Below, one piece after another: positions 40,145 through 50,032 of a stretch of 64,000 bases of DNA. The notes under the pieces are model-generated. The model was not told where the DNA came from and made no database searches. It was given only the letters and a program-made list of their open reading frames with translations. The position numbers were made by a program, and so were the translations under genes. This DNA comes from an uncultured delta proteobacterium (GTDB taxonomy: Bacteria > Myxococcota > Myxococcia > Myxococcales > Anaeromyxobacteraceae). Position 1 is the first letter of the stretch. Each line of letters opens with the position of its first letter. The DNA lies in contig CAWJSR010000029.1 in assembly GCA_963845515.1 (NCBI GenBank), positions 256,001 to 320,000 on the forward strand, given 5' to 3'.

Positions 40145-41623
40145 ATGGACCGGCGGATCCTCATCGCGCGGAGCGCGCAGGCGGTGGAGGCGGCGGACGT
40201 CCCCGTCCTCCTCCCCACCGACTTCCAGCAGGTCGTCGCCGACGCGCTGAGCTCGCAGGCGCGCCTCATCGCGTACTTCGGCCAGCCGGCCCCCGCCGGC
40301 ACGGGGAAGGCGCTCGTGACCGCCGTCCTCTCCAACGACCGCGAGGGAGTGCTGGGGGTCGTGGCGACCATCGCGGGAGACTCCCTCCCGTCGCTCGCCG
40401 ACGAGTTCCCCTCCACCCAGCTCTTCGAGCGGCAGCTGCTCGAGCAGTTCGGCGTCGTCCCGGCCGGCCACCCGTGGCTCAAGCCGGTCCGCTTCGAGCG
40501 CGGGATGGCTGAGGTTCCACCCTTCTTCGCGATGGATGGCGAGTCGGTGCACGAGGTGGCCGTGGGGCCGGTACATGCCGGGATCATCGAGCCCGGCCAC
40601 TTCCGCTTCCAGTGCCACGGGGAGCACGTCTTCCATCTCGAGATCTCGCTCGGCTACCAGCACCGCGGCGTCCAGCGGCTCCTCGCGGGCGGCCCGACGC
40701 GCCGCACGGTCGCCCTCGTCGAGTCGATCGCCGGGGACACGGTGATCGGCCACGCCCTTGCGTACGCCCGCGCGCACGAGTCGCTCTCCGGCGCGGCGCC
40801 GCCCCCGCGGGCGGCCGCGCTCCGGGCCGTCGCCCTGGAGCTGGAGCGGCTCGCCAACCACGTCGGCGATCTCGGCGCCCTCGCCGGCGACGTCGCCTTC
40901 CTGCCGACCGCCTCCTACTGCGGCGCGCTGCGGGCCGAGTTCCTCAACGCCCTCGCCGAGATCTGCGGGAACCGGTTCGGGCGAGGGCTGGTGGTCCCGG
41001 GCGGAGTCAGGTTCGACCTCCCGGACGCCGCCGCCGCCCGGCTGGCCGCGCGCGTCCAGGGCGCGTGGGAGCGGGTCGAGGAGGCGGGCGGCCTCTTCTT
41101 CCGCTCCCCCTCGGCGCGCGACCGGACCGACGGCATCGGCACCCTGACGCAGGAGACCGCGGCGAACCTCGGGCTGGTCGGCCCGGCGGCACGCGCGAGC
41201 GGCCTCGCCCTGGACACCCGGCGCTCCCACCCCTTCCCGCCGTACGACGTCCACCCGATGCCCGCGGTGGTGGGCGCGGAGGGCGACGTCCACGCGCGCG
41301 CCTGGGTCCGCTTCGAAGAGGCGCGCCACTCGGCGCTCTTCGCGGTCAAGGCGCTCAGCACCCTGCCGCCCGGCCCAGTGCGCACCGAGGTCGGCCCGCT
41401 CGCTCCGGGCCGGCTCACCGTCTCGCTCGTCGAGGGCTGGCGTGGCGAGATCTGCCACGCGGCGATCACCGGGCCGGACGGACGGATCTCGCGGTACGAG
41501 ATCGTCGATCCCTCCTTCCACGACTGGATCGGCCTCCAGGTCGCCATGCGCGCCGGGCAGATCTCGGACTTCCCGCTCCTGAACAAGAGCTTCAACCTCT
41601 CCTACTGCGGACACGACCTGTGA
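40145..41623 (+). CDS. ehrL: Ehr complex large subunit lacking NiFe CxxC motifs (operon 2)
   Basis: GHPWLKP, HEVAVGPVHAGIIEPGHFRF, LGYQHRG, ESIAGDTVIGH, EGWRGE, C-terminus DFPLLNKSFNLSYCGHDL. Confidence 0.9.
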   Translation: MDRRILIARSAQAVEAADVPVLLPTDFQQVVADALSSQARLIAYFGQPAPAGTGKALVTAVLSNDREGVLGVVATIAGDSLPSLADEFPSTQLFERQLLEQFGVVPAGHPWLKPVRFERGMAEVPPFFAMDGESVHEVAVGPVHAGIIEPGHFRFQCHGEHVFHLEISLGYQHRGVQRLLAGGPTRRTVALVESIAGDTVIGHALAYARAHESLSGAAPPPRAAALRAVALELERLANHVGDLGALAGDVAFLPTASYCGALRAEFLNALAEICGNRFGRGLVVPGGVRFDLPDAAAARLAARVQGAWERVEEAGGLFFRSPSARDRTDGIGTLTQETAANLGLVGPAARASGLALDTRRSHPFPPYDVHPMPAVVGAEGDVHARAWVRFEEARHSALFAVKALSTLPPGPVRTEVGPLAPGRLTVSLVEGWRGEICHAAITGPDGRISRYEIVDPSFHDWIGLQVAMRAGQISDFPLLNKSFNLSYCGHDL

Positions 41624-42447
41624 GCATCCTCCGCACCCGCCTGCGGCTCGGCCGCCAGACCATCGCCTACCCTGAGGGGCCAGCGCGCTTCCCCGAGCGA
41701 TTCCGCGGCAGGCCGGCGATCAACGCCGGGCGCTGCCGCGAGGGCTGCCGCGAGTGCGAGGAGGTCTGCCCGACCGAGGCCATAACGCGGCCAGCGCCAG
41801 GCCGGGTCGCGCTCGACACGGGCGCCTGCGTCTTCTGCGGCCTCTGCGAGGAGGCCTGCGCAGACCGCGCCATCGTCTTCACGCGCGACTACCGGCTGTC
41901 GGTCCGCCGCCGCGAGGAGCTGACGGTGTCCGGCGACGCGCCGCAGCTGGCGGCCGCGCTGGACGCGAAGATGAAGCGGCTCTTCGGCCGCTCGCTCAAG
42001 CTGCGGCAGGTGTCGGCGGGAGGGTGCAACGGCTGCGAGGCCGAGCTCAACGCCGCCGGGAACATACAGTTCGACCTCTCGCGCTTCGGCATCCAGTTCG
42101 TCGCGTCGCCGCGCCACGCGGACGGTGTCGTCGTCACCGGCCCGGTGACCGAGAACATGCGCTCGGCGCTCGTCGAGACCTGGGAGGCGACCCCGGCCCC
42201 GAAGCTGCTCATCGCGGTGGGTGCTTGCGCCCTCTCGGGCGGACCGTTCAAGGGGAGCCCCGTCTGCCACGACGGCGTCGGGTCCGTCATCCCTGGAGCG
42301 ACGGTCGACCTCTTCATCCCGGGCTGCCCGCCACACCCCGTGACCGTCCTCGACGGCCTCCTGAGGCTCCTCGGCCGCGTCGAGGGGGACGCCCTGCAGC
42401 TGGCCTCGACGGGCATCGTCGAGCCGCGCACGGCCGAGAGTCCCTGA
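41620..42447 (+). CDS. ehrS: Ehr complex small subunit: ferredoxin + NuoB-like (operon 2)
   Basis: CREGCRECEEVCP, CVFCGLCEEAC, SAGGCNGCE, SPRHAD, GACA, PGCPPHP; GTGA overlap. Confidence 0.87.
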   Translation: MSILRTRLRLGRQTIAYPEGPARFPERFRGRPAINAGRCREGCRECEEVCPTEAITRPAPGRVALDTGACVFCGLCEEACADRAIVFTRDYRLSVRRREELTVSGDAPQLAAALDAKMKRLFGRSLKLRQVSAGGCNGCEAELNAAGNIQFDLSRFGIQFVASPRHADGVVVTGPVTENMRSALVETWEATPAPKLLIAVGACALSGGPFKGSPVCHDGVGSVIPGATVDLFIPGCPPHPVTVLDGLLRLLGRVEGDALQLASTGIVEPRTAESP

Positions 42448-42550
42448 CTGCCGGCGCGGCGCGGGGGCTCCCGGTCACGACGAGGCGGCCGGTCTGGCGC
42501 TCCGCGGAAAAATCGGTAGATTCACGCCCGCCCGGGTCCGCCCGGGCACC

Positions 42551-42622
42551 GAGGCGCTAGCTCAATGGTAGAGCATCGGCCTTTTAAGCCGGTGGTTCTG
42601 GGTCCGAGTCCCAGGCGCCTCA
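42551..42622 (+). tRNA. tRNA-Lys(UUU), CCA not encoded
   Basis: GAGGCGC TA GCTC AATGGTA GAGC A TCGGC CTTTTAA GCCGG TGGTT CTGGG TCCGAGT CCCAG GCGCCTC A cloverleaf. Confidence 0.92.
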
Positions 42623-42629
42623 CTCGGTG

Positions 42630-43220
42630 TCACGGCTCTCCGGGGAAGGCGAAGCCGGGGGGCGACAGCACCATCGCCAGGTCCGAGTCGATCCGGTGGT
42701 CGCGCAGCATGCGGCCCACCCGCTCGAGCTCCGCGCCGCTCCAGGAGACCGGGTTCACGATCGCGAGGACCCGCTCGTCGAAGTGGTCCAGGTGGTCGAG
42801 CGTGGTCACGATGAGCCGCCCCTCCTCCATGGGGTAGACGAACGCGCTCCCGTCGAACGTGAAGCGCGGGTCTCCGCGGAGGTGGTCCTGCACGTCACCC
42901 CACGCGCTCGCAGGAACGAAGTGGTAGACGCGCCGAACAATCCCGTGTCGCACGGCGAGGTCGAGGTAGTTGTCCTCGTTGGGCTCCTCTCCCTTCTCCG
43001 ACACGAAGGCGCGTCGATCGAAGAGGCACAGGACCCGCCCCTTGACCCCCTCCCGCACCCACTCCTTGTAGGCGGAGAGGTGGTCGGGGACGGACCGGAA
43101 CGCGGGCGGGGCTGCGTAGCGTCGGTGGGCGGCCCCCTGGGACGCGCAGACGAGGAGGACGGCCGCGAAGGCCACGACGATGGCCGCCGTACGCATGGCG
43201 GCGGCGCGCGGCGTGATCAC
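42630..43220 (-). CDS. Hypothetical exported protein
   Basis: N-terminal hydrophobic helix; GTGA overlap with PMT gene; typical codon usage. Confidence 0.6.
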   Translation of the reverse strand: MITPRAAAMRTAAIVVAFAAVLLVCASQGAAHRRYAAPPAFRSVPDHLSAYKEWVREGVKGRVLCLFDRRAFVSEKGEEPNEDNYLDLAVRHGIVRRVYHFVPASAWGDVQDHLRGDPRFTFDGSAFVYPMEEGRLIVTTLDHLDHFDERVLAIVNPVSWSGAELERVGRMLRDHRIDSDLAMVLSPPGFAFPGEP

Positions 43221-44503
43221 TGGTGCACCTCGCGCTCCCTCGGCACCACCTCGTCGTGCTCGGGAGGCACAACCTCGTCGAAGACGACCCTGGCCTTGGA
43301 GACGATCGGCGCGTAGAGGGAGGTCGGGACCTCCCGTCCCGCCGTGAGCGGGAACAGGTAGAGCCCCCACGCGACGACGACCGTCAACGCCAGCGCGGCC
43401 CAGCGGCGCGGGGCGGATGCCTTCGCGATCAAGTCGTTCCCTGCCGACGCGAGCATCAGCATGGCGAACGGCACCAGCGTCACGACCGCGTAGCTGAACA
43501 TGGGGCGCCGCACGGCCAGGATGAGCGCGTAGGTGGAGAGGAACATCGCGGGGGCGACCAGCAGCCGCCAGGAGCGAGCGCGGATCCCGGTGACGAGCCC
43601 GTAGACGAACACGGGCAGTATGAGGATGTGGACCGGGGGGTCGTGGATCTGCATCACGTACCGGCCCGTGTCACCGGCCTGCTCCGACCAGTACATCAGC
43701 ATGCTCGGCCGGACGAACCACTCCCAGGGGCTCCCGCCGCCCTTCAGGTACGCGGCGTTCGCGTACGTCGACAAGGTCTGCGACTGGAGGTTGGCGATCG
43801 CATCGAGCTTCATCTCGAGGAGCTCGCCGAACGTGCGGCCGTTGGCGAGCCACGGGAGGTACGTGAGGAGGTAGACCGCGACCGGCAGGACCAGCAGCGC
43901 GCTCGCGGCGTAGGCGACCTGGACCCTGGGAGTCCCCTCGCGCCGCATCCGGAACGCCAGCGCTGCGAGGACCAGCGCGATCGCGATCGGGTAATAGCCC
44001 TTCGTGGAGACCGTGAGGCCCATGGCGAGGCCGGCCGGGACCAGCAGGTCCTCGCCAGTGCGGACCATCCGCGCCACGAGCCAGAGGAAGAGGAGGAAGA
44101 AGCAGCCGACCGGGACCTCCATGAAGGTCGTCCGCGAGAAGTAGACGTGGAGCGGATCGACCGCCAGGAGCCCCGCAGCCAGAAGCGGGGTCCACTGCCC
44201 CGGAAAGAGCTCGCTCGCGAGGAGCAGCAGGAAGGCGACCGTCAACGTTCCCAGGATGACGTTGCGGATCCGCCACCCGACGGCGTTGTTCCCCACCAGT
44301 CGGATGGCCCCGTACTCCAGGACGTGCGCAAGCTGGGGATGCACCCAGGCGTTCCCGAACGTGGTCCCGTACTGCCCCAGGCGAAGCGCGGCGGGGACGT
44401 GGATCCCTTCGTCCTCGAAGAACTCCTGATGGTCGAACGCGCCCCAGGTCCGCACGAACAGGGCGACCGTAAGGATTCCGACCGCGAGTGCCTTGCTTTT
44501 CAC
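43217..44503 (-). CDS. PMT/ArnT-type (GT-C) glycosyltransferase, protein O-mannosyltransferase-like
   Basis: EDE after TM1, HPQL, GWR, DP.H..FSR, TK, C-terminal SPWEW; many TM helices (alternative start 44551). Confidence 0.78.
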   Translation of the reverse strand: MKSKALAVGILTVALFVRTWGAFDHQEFFEDEGIHVPAALRLGQYGTTFGNAWVHPQLAHVLEYGAIRLVGNNAVGWRIRNVILGTLTVAFLLLLASELFPGQWTPLLAAGLLAVDPLHVYFSRTTFMEVPVGCFFLLFLWLVARMVRTGEDLLVPAGLAMGLTVSTKGYYPIAIALVLAALAFRMRREGTPRVQVAYAASALLVLPVAVYLLTYLPWLANGRTFGELLEMKLDAIANLQSQTLSTYANAAYLKGGGSPWEWFVRPSMLMYWSEQAGDTGRYVMQIHDPPVHILILPVFVYGLVTGIRARSWRLLVAPAMFLSTYALILAVRRPMFSYAVVTLVPFAMLMLASAGNDLIAKASAPRRWAALALTVVVAWGLYLFPLTAGREVPTSLYAPIVSKARVVFDEVVPPEHDEVVPREREVHQ

Positions 44504-44653
44504 GGTTTCGCTGTTCCTCGTTGAGGGCTTCCACTGATCGAGCCGACGCACGAGGCGCGGTCGCCTGCCGCGCGGCGGAAGTTAGCACCCCGAAACGCGC
44601 TTGGGCAATCGGGCGCACACCCCCATGGGACTCCCCATGTAGGTCACACTCCT

Positions 44654-45532
44654 TCATCTCCCCCAGACGAGGTCGACCACCACGGGCCGATGGTCCGATG
44701 CCGCCGCCATGTCGGCGCCGTCGATGACGCCGGCGCTCACCACGCGCCACGCCTCGGCGCGTGGGACGAGCAGGTAGTCGAGTCGGGCCCCACCGTTCAG
44801 GCCGATCCAGGTCCACGAGGAGGAGAGCCCCACCTCGGAGAGCGCGTCGATCCAGCCGCCGTCCGCCAGGAGCGGCCCGAGCGGGTCGCTCCACGGCTCG
44901 TCGTTCAGGTCGCCGCCCGCCAGGACGAGCGCTCCCGGCGCGCTCCGGGAGACCTCGTCGGCGATCTCCCTCATCCGCGCCGCCTGCGCGCGCCGCCTGT
45001 CACCGACCGGGTCGGTGAGCCGCGACACGAGGTGGGTCCCCACGAGCACGAGCGCGCCCTGGCTTGCGTGGACCTCGACGCAGTCGCGCGACCAGAGCGG
45101 CCTCCCATCGGGTCCGGTCTCGCCGAGGTGGCTCACGTAGCGGTCAACTGGAAGCCTCGACAGGACGGCGACGTCGATGCCTCGCGGGTCGAACGCCTCG
45201 ACCAGCCGTGCATCCGGATACCCGGTCCGGGCGGCGAGCTGTTCGGCCAGAGAGAGGTTCTCGACCTCCTGCAGGAGCACGACGTCGGCGTCCATTCGCT
45301 CGATGACGGCCGAGATCCGCGCCAGCTTCTTCTCGACCTGGGCGAAGGACGGGAGCTCGTCCAGGTCCCCGGGGGGCGTGACCTGGTCGACCGTGTCGAA
45401 GAGGTCGTGGACGTTCCAGGTGGCGACGCGGACCGTTCCACTCGCGGCCGGCCGCGGCGCGGATGGAGGGGGTTGAACTGCGCACGCGAACGCGGCGTAA
45501 AGGGCAGAAATGACTAGCGGGTGGAGGCGCAT
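44654..45532 (-). CDS. Endonuclease/exonuclease/phosphatase family lipoprotein
   Basis: RVATWNV, DVVLLQEVE, GIDVAVLSR, GDLND, RLDY, SDHRPV. Confidence 0.88.
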   Translation of the reverse strand: MRLHPLVISALYAAFACAVQPPPSAPRPAASGTVRVATWNVHDLFDTVDQVTPPGDLDELPSFAQVEKKLARISAVIERMDADVVLLQEVENLSLAEQLAARTGYPDARLVEAFDPRGIDVAVLSRLPVDRYVSHLGETGPDGRPLWSRDCVEVHASQGALVLVGTHLVSRLTDPVGDRRRAQAARMREIADEVSRSAPGALVLAGGDLNDEPWSDPLGPLLADGGWIDALSEVGLSSSWTWIGLNGGARLDYLLVPRAEAWRVVSAGVIDGADMAAASDHRPVVVDLVWGR

Positions 45533-45600
45533 GTAGGAACGTACTGCAGGGTGCGCACCGTCCTTGACACGAGGGGGTAAGGTCGGGTTTCTTCCCGCCC

Positions 45601-45673
45601 GACCCCATCGTCTAGAGGCCCAGGACGCCGCCTTCTCAAGGCGGAAACCGGGGTTCGAATCCCTGTGGGGTCA
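45601..45673 (+). tRNA. tRNA-Glu(CUC), CCA not encoded
   Basis: GACCCCA..GTCTAGAGGCCCAGGAC..CCGCC TTCTCAA GGCGG..CGGGG TTCGAAT CCCTG TGGGGTC A; TTGACA at 45564. Confidence 0.95.
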
Positions 45674-45694
45674 CTTTTTGTAGATTTGCCGGGC

Positions 45695-45767
45695 GGCCCC
45701 ATCGTCTAGAGGCCTAGGACGCGGCCCTTTCAAGGCTGCAACCGGGGTTCGAATCCCCGTGGGGTCA
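45695..45767 (+). tRNA. tRNA-Glu(UUC), CCA not encoded
   Basis: GGCCCCA..GTCTAGAGGCCTAGGAC..CGGCC CTTTCAA GGCTG..CGGGG TTCGAAT CCCCG TGGGGTC A. Confidence 0.95.
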
Positions 45768-45804
45768 TTTCCGCCCGCTCGCGCACCGACGTGTAGCTGC
45801 TCTG

Positions 45805-46716
45805 CTACGCCGAGAGGTGCTTCCAGGGCTCCGCGGCCAGGAGCGCGGCGACGATGGCGCGCGTCGAGGGGGAGCGGTTCAGCGTGTAGAAGTGGACCCC
45901 CGGCACGCCGGCCCGGAGGAGGTCCTGGCACTGGAGGCTGGCGAAGGCGACTCCAAGCTCCCGCGCGCCGTCGGGATCGTCCCGCAGGACCTCCATGGCT
46001 GCGTGGAGCCGCGCGGGGATGGTGGCGCCGCAGGTGGCGGTGAAGCGCTCCACCTGCTCCACGCTGGTGAAGGGCATGATCCCCGGCAGGATCGGCAGCC
46101 GGATCCCGGCGGCGCGCGCGCGGTCGACGAAGCCGTGGTACCGGGCGTTGTCGAAGAAGAGCTGCGTCACCAGGAAGTCGGTCCCAGCGTCCACCTTGGC
46201 CTTCAGGTGGCGCAGGTCGACCGCCAGGTCCGGCGTCTCCGGGTGGCCCTCCGGGTAGGCGGCCGCACCGATGCAGAAGGGCCAGCGCCTCGGCTCGCTC
46301 CTGATGAAGGCGACCAGCTCGCTCGCGAAGCGGAAGCCGTCCGGGTGGGGCTCGAAGCGCGCCTCGCCCCGGGGCGGGTCACCGCGCAACGCCAGGACGT
46401 TCTCGACCCCTGCGGAGGCGACCTCGTCGAGGAGCGTCGCCACCTCGTCGCGGGACGAACCGACGCACGTGACGTGCGCCATCGGCTCGATGCCCGACTC
46501 CCCCTTGAGCCGCCGGACCAGCTCGACGGTCTTGGCGCGAGTCGAGCCACCGGCGCCGTAGGTGACCGAGACCCACGACGGCTGCAGCGGCCGGAGGGCG
46601 CCGATGGTCTGCATCAGCGCGCGCTCTCCGTCCTCCGTCTTGGGAGGGAAGAACTCGAAGGTGAAGACGGGCTCGCCGCGCTTCCGGGCGGCCTCGAGGA
46701 TCTCGGTGATTCGCAC
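45805..46716 (-). CDS. metF: 5,10-methylenetetrahydrofolate reductase
   Basis: FEFFPPKT, SVTYGAGGSTR, AHVTC, LALRGDPP, AAYPEGHPE, TQLFFD, HFYTLN. Confidence 0.95.
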   Translation of the reverse strand: MRITEILEAARKRGEPVFTFEFFPPKTEDGERALMQTIGALRPLQPSWVSVTYGAGGSTRAKTVELVRRLKGESGIEPMAHVTCVGSSRDEVATLLDEVASAGVENVLALRGDPPRGEARFEPHPDGFRFASELVAFIRSEPRRWPFCIGAAAYPEGHPETPDLAVDLRHLKAKVDAGTDFLVTQLFFDNARYHGFVDRARAAGIRLPILPGIMPFTSVEQVERFTATCGATIPARLHAAMEVLRDDPDGARELGVAFASLQCQDLLRAGVPGVHFYTLNRSPSTRAIVAALLAAEPWKHLSA

Positions 46717-46805
46717 GGCGCGAAAGTTATCCCGCCGCGGGGGGCCCTGTCACGGTACATGCCACCGTGCCCCGATGCGGTTGACAGCGGAGGGGTCCGC
46801 GGGAA

Positions 46806-47336
46806 ATGAGTACCGCGGCCACCCCGAACCGAGCGCCAATGGACCCCAAGCCGAAGCGCAACCGCCACATCACCCCCGACGGCTACAAGCGGCTCCTGGC
46901 CGAGCACGACCAGATCTGGAAGGTGATCCGCCCGAAGATCGTCGCCGAGGTGGAGGCGGCCGCAGCGCTCGGCGACCGGAGCGAGAACGCCGAGTACATC
47001 TACGGCAAGAAGAAGCTGCGCGAGCTCGATCGGCGGCTGCAGGAGCTGCGGGGGCTGATGGACACGGTCACCGTCACCGAGCCGCAGCCGCACCCCTCCG
47101 GGCGCGCCTACTTCGGCGCGTGGGTGACCGTCGAACACGAGGACGGCACGGAGAAGACCTACCGGCTCGTCGGACCGGACGAGACCGAGCCGGCCGCCGG
47201 CGCCATCAGCGTGGACGCTCCGCTCGGCCGGGCGCTGCTGGGCAAGAAGGACGGCGAGGTGGTGGCGGTGATGCGCCCCGCCGGCCTCGTCGAGCTGACC
47301 GTCATCGAGGTGCGCTGGAAGCGCCCGAAGCGCTGA
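46806..47336 (+). CDS. greB: Transcription elongation factor GreB
   Basis: ITPDG..RL..E, AAALGDRSENAEYIYGKKKLRELDRR, YRLVGPDE, IS.DAPLGRALLGK. Confidence 0.92.
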   Translation: MSTAATPNRAPMDPKPKRNRHITPDGYKRLLAEHDQIWKVIRPKIVAEVEAAAALGDRSENAEYIYGKKKLRELDRRLQELRGLMDTVTVTEPQPHPSGRAYFGAWVTVEHEDGTEKTYRLVGPDETEPAAGAISVDAPLGRALLGKKDGEVVAVMRPAGLVELTVIEVRWKRPKR

Positions 47337-47388
47337 CAGGCTGTAGTATCCCCTCCCCCTCCTCCGAGCACAGGTCCAGGAGCCCGCC

Positions 47389-47904
47389 ATGATCCCCGTC
47401 GCCGACCGGCCCGCCGCACAGGCTCGCCTGGAGCACTTCGTCCGCGAGCGCCCCCACGCGCTCCTCTACGACCCTGCCGCGTCGATCCTGCTCGACGTCC
47501 CCTCCGGCAAGGCGCTCCCGCTCGACTGGTCGATCCTGAACGGCATCGCCGACGGCCTGGACGCCGACACGAGGCGGCCGTACCTGCTGCTCTCGCGCGA
47601 GGACGGGCTGATGCTGGCGCTCGCCGACCAGGGGATCGTCTTCGCCCCGTCGACCGCCTCAACGGGGCCCTTCGAAGGGCTCCCGAACGCGGTCTGCCTC
47701 CAGGACCTGCTGAACGCCGAGGCGAAGCTCCTCCACTTCCTGCGCGATCACCCCGAGGACGAGCCCACCCGCACGCACCTCTCGCTCTTCATGCTCTGCC
47801 TCGCGGTCCTCGACGGCGCGCGCGCAGTCGGCTTCGACGTCGGGCGCGAGGAGCGCCGCCTGGAGACGGCGCTCGGGGAACTGGAGGCGCGAAAGAAGGG
47901 CTAG
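47389..47904 (+). CDS. Hypothetical protein
   Basis: Clean ORF with SD AGGAG and high-GC3 codon usage. Confidence 0.65.
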   Translation: MIPVADRPAAQARLEHFVRERPHALLYDPAASILLDVPSGKALPLDWSILNGIADGLDADTRRPYLLLSREDGLMLALADQGIVFAPSTASTGPFEGLPNAVCLQDLLNAEAKLLHFLRDHPEDEPTRTHLSLFMLCLAVLDGARAVGFDVGREERRLETALGELEARKKG

Positions 47905-47953
47905 CGACCCCGCAACTCTTCGAGCGCCAGGTCAGTCGCGCCGCCGTTGGCCC

Positions 47954-49273
47954 TCAGTTCCAGCAGTACGTGACCGTGCACATCCCGTCCAAGCACTCCA
48001 GGTCATCCTGGCAGGCGTCCCATGCGCCACAGGCGACGCCGGCCGCCTGCTTCGGGATGCAGGTCCCGGGGTTCGGATAGACGAAATTGCAGTAACTACC
48101 GTCCACGCACTCGCGGTCCGCGCGTCCCAGGCACGTCCCGCCCGCCGCGACGCGTGGTGCGCACGTCGTGTAGTGGTAGGACCCATCCCGCTGGCAGAAG
48201 AGCCCCGCCTCGCACTCGAGGTCAGCGTCGCTCACCGCCGAGACCGAGCAGTCCTCCCCGACGCCGGGCGCCGGCATGCAGGTGGGGGTCGCGAGGGAGG
48301 TGTCGCAGAAGGACTCATCGGCGCAGGCGCCGTAGACGGTGCAGTCCTCACCGAGCACCGGGGCCGGCTTGCAGGTGGGGTCCACGAGCGACGTATCGCA
48401 GAAGGCCTCGCCTGCGCACTCACCGGAGGCGGTGCACGGCTGGTCCACCCCCGGGAGCGGCGCGCAGAGGCTGGTGGCTGGATCGCAGAAGTCGAAGGCC
48501 GGATTGCAGCCCGCCAGCGCTCCGCAAGGCTGCCCCCTCGCGGCCAGCGGCAGGCAGGTCCAGCCCGCCGGGAGGCACAGGAGCGGCGCGCTGCAGTCCG
48601 AGGTCTCGTCGCAGGGCTCGCCCACCCCCACGGGAGCGCGGCAGACGTAGTTCGAGAGCGTCGCGTCGTAGTCGCAGGCGGTTCCATCGGGGCAGACATG
48701 CAGTGAGTCGCACGCGTCGCCCGCCGCCACCGTCGTCTGCGCCAGGCAGAAGTCGCCCCCGGACGAGGCCTGGTAGGTGCACCACAGCCCCGCCGCGCAC
48801 GGCAGCGCTCTGCAGTCCTCACCCTCGGCCGCGACCCCGCTGCAGCTCCCCGGGCAGGTCCCCTGGGCGAAGTCGCAGAACCCGGCAGCGCACTCCAGGT
48901 CATCCGCGCACTCACCGCCCGGGGCGACGTTGGCGGCGAGGGCGGCCAGGAGGCACTCCGGCTCGTCCCAGTTCCTGAAGGTCTCGGCGCACGAGTAGGC
49001 AGCGACGCTGGCGGTGCACGCGTCCAGGACGCCCTGGTCGACGAGGAGCCTTCCAGCGTCGGCTGAGGCCTCCAGGCTGGCCGCGATCGGCGCGAAGTCC
49101 GTGCCGTCCTCCCATGCCACGCCCAGGCAAGCCAGGCCGTTGGCCCTCATTGCCGTCACGATCGCCATGAAGGCGTCGGCGATTGGCGAGTCGCCCGCCG
49201 GCGGCTTCGGGTCGTCGGGCGCGGGACAGGCGGCGAGCAGCGAGAGCGTCAAGACGAGCAACGACCTGCGCAT
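47954..49273 (-). CDS. Cysteine-rich repeat lipoprotein (EB/Dickkopf-like G-x-x-C-x5-C-x4-C repeats)
   Basis: Lipobox LLAAC after MRRSLLV; about 10 repeats such as GEPCDETSDCSAPLLC and GEDCTVYGACADESFC. Confidence 0.8.
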   Translation of the reverse strand: MRRSLLVLTLSLLAACPAPDDPKPPAGDSPIADAFMAIVTAMRANGLACLGVAWEDGTDFAPIAASLEASADAGRLLVDQGVLDACTASVAAYSCAETFRNWDEPECLLAALAANVAPGGECADDLECAAGFCDFAQGTCPGSCSGVAAEGEDCRALPCAAGLWCTYQASSGGDFCLAQTTVAAGDACDSLHVCPDGTACDYDATLSNYVCRAPVGVGEPCDETSDCSAPLLCLPAGWTCLPLAARGQPCGALAGCNPAFDFCDPATSLCAPLPGVDQPCTASGECAGEAFCDTSLVDPTCKPAPVLGEDCTVYGACADESFCDTSLATPTCMPAPGVGEDCSVSAVSDADLECEAGLFCQRDGSYHYTTCAPRVAAGGTCLGRADRECVDGSYCNFVYPNPGTCIPKQAAGVACGAWDACQDDLECLDGMCTVTYCWN

Positions 49274-49378
49274 GAGATCCCCCCGGGCACGTGCCGCCAG
49301 CCGCAACGGCCGTGGGGAATAGAACACCCTGGGTGAGTGCCGGTCCAGCGGGAAACGGCCCCGCCGGCGGAGAGCGCG

Positions 49379-50017
49379 CTACGACTCCTCCGGCCTCGCC
49401 TCGGTCGCGATCTTCGCGATCCGTGTCCAGAGCGCCTCGGTCCCGGTCCCCTCGATCGCCGAGAACGGGACCGCGTCCCCCTTCGCGAGCTTCATCTCCC
49501 GCTCCACGGTCACGAGCGAGCCGATCCGCTTCGACTTGACGATCTTGTCGATCTTGGTGACGGCCACGATCACCTTCCGTCCGCAGGTCTCGCGGAGGAA
49601 GAGGAGCGCGTCGTGGTCCGAGGGCTGGGGCTCGTGCCGGGCGTCCACGATCAGGACGACCGCCTGGAGATCCTTGCGGTCCTTCACGTACTCCTCGATC
49701 ATCGAGGCCCACTCGTCGCGCTCGGTCTTCGACACCTTGGCGTAGCCGTAGCCGGGCAGGTCGCAGAAGCGGACCTTGCGCGGCCGCGCCGACGGCGTCG
49801 AGCGGAAGGTGACCTCGAAGAACTGCAGGGCCCTGGTGCGACCCGGCGTGGTCGAGACGCGCGCGAGGCTCGTCCGCCGGGTCAGCGCGTTCAGCATCGA
49901 GGACTTGCCGACGTTGGACCGGCCGACGAAGGCCAGCTCCGGCACGAAGCCGCGCGGCCAGTCCACGGGGTGGACGGCGGTCTTCAGGAAGCCCGCGTCG
50001 ACGACTTGGATGGACAT
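49379..50017 (-). CDS. engB: Ribosome biogenesis GTPase EngB/YihA/YsxC
   Basis: GRSNVGKSS, STTPGRT, DLPGYGYAKV, DARH, TKIDK. Confidence 0.93.
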   Translation of the reverse strand: MSIQVVDAGFLKTAVHPVDWPRGFVPELAFVGRSNVGKSSMLNALTRRTSLARVSTTPGRTRALQFFEVTFRSTPSARPRKVRFCDLPGYGYAKVSKTERDEWASMIEEYVKDRKDLQAVVLIVDARHEPQPSDHDALLFLRETCGRKVIVAVTKIDKIVKSKRIGSLVTVEREMKLAKGDAVPFSAIEGTGTEALWTRIAKIATEARPEES

Positions 50018-50032
50018 GGTGAACCTCGCGCC

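Noticed and set aside
45601..45767. Direct repeat suggesting an att site or CRISPR
   Set aside because: The repeat is two full tRNA-Glu isoacceptors; no regularly spaced repeats or cas genes seen in the window.
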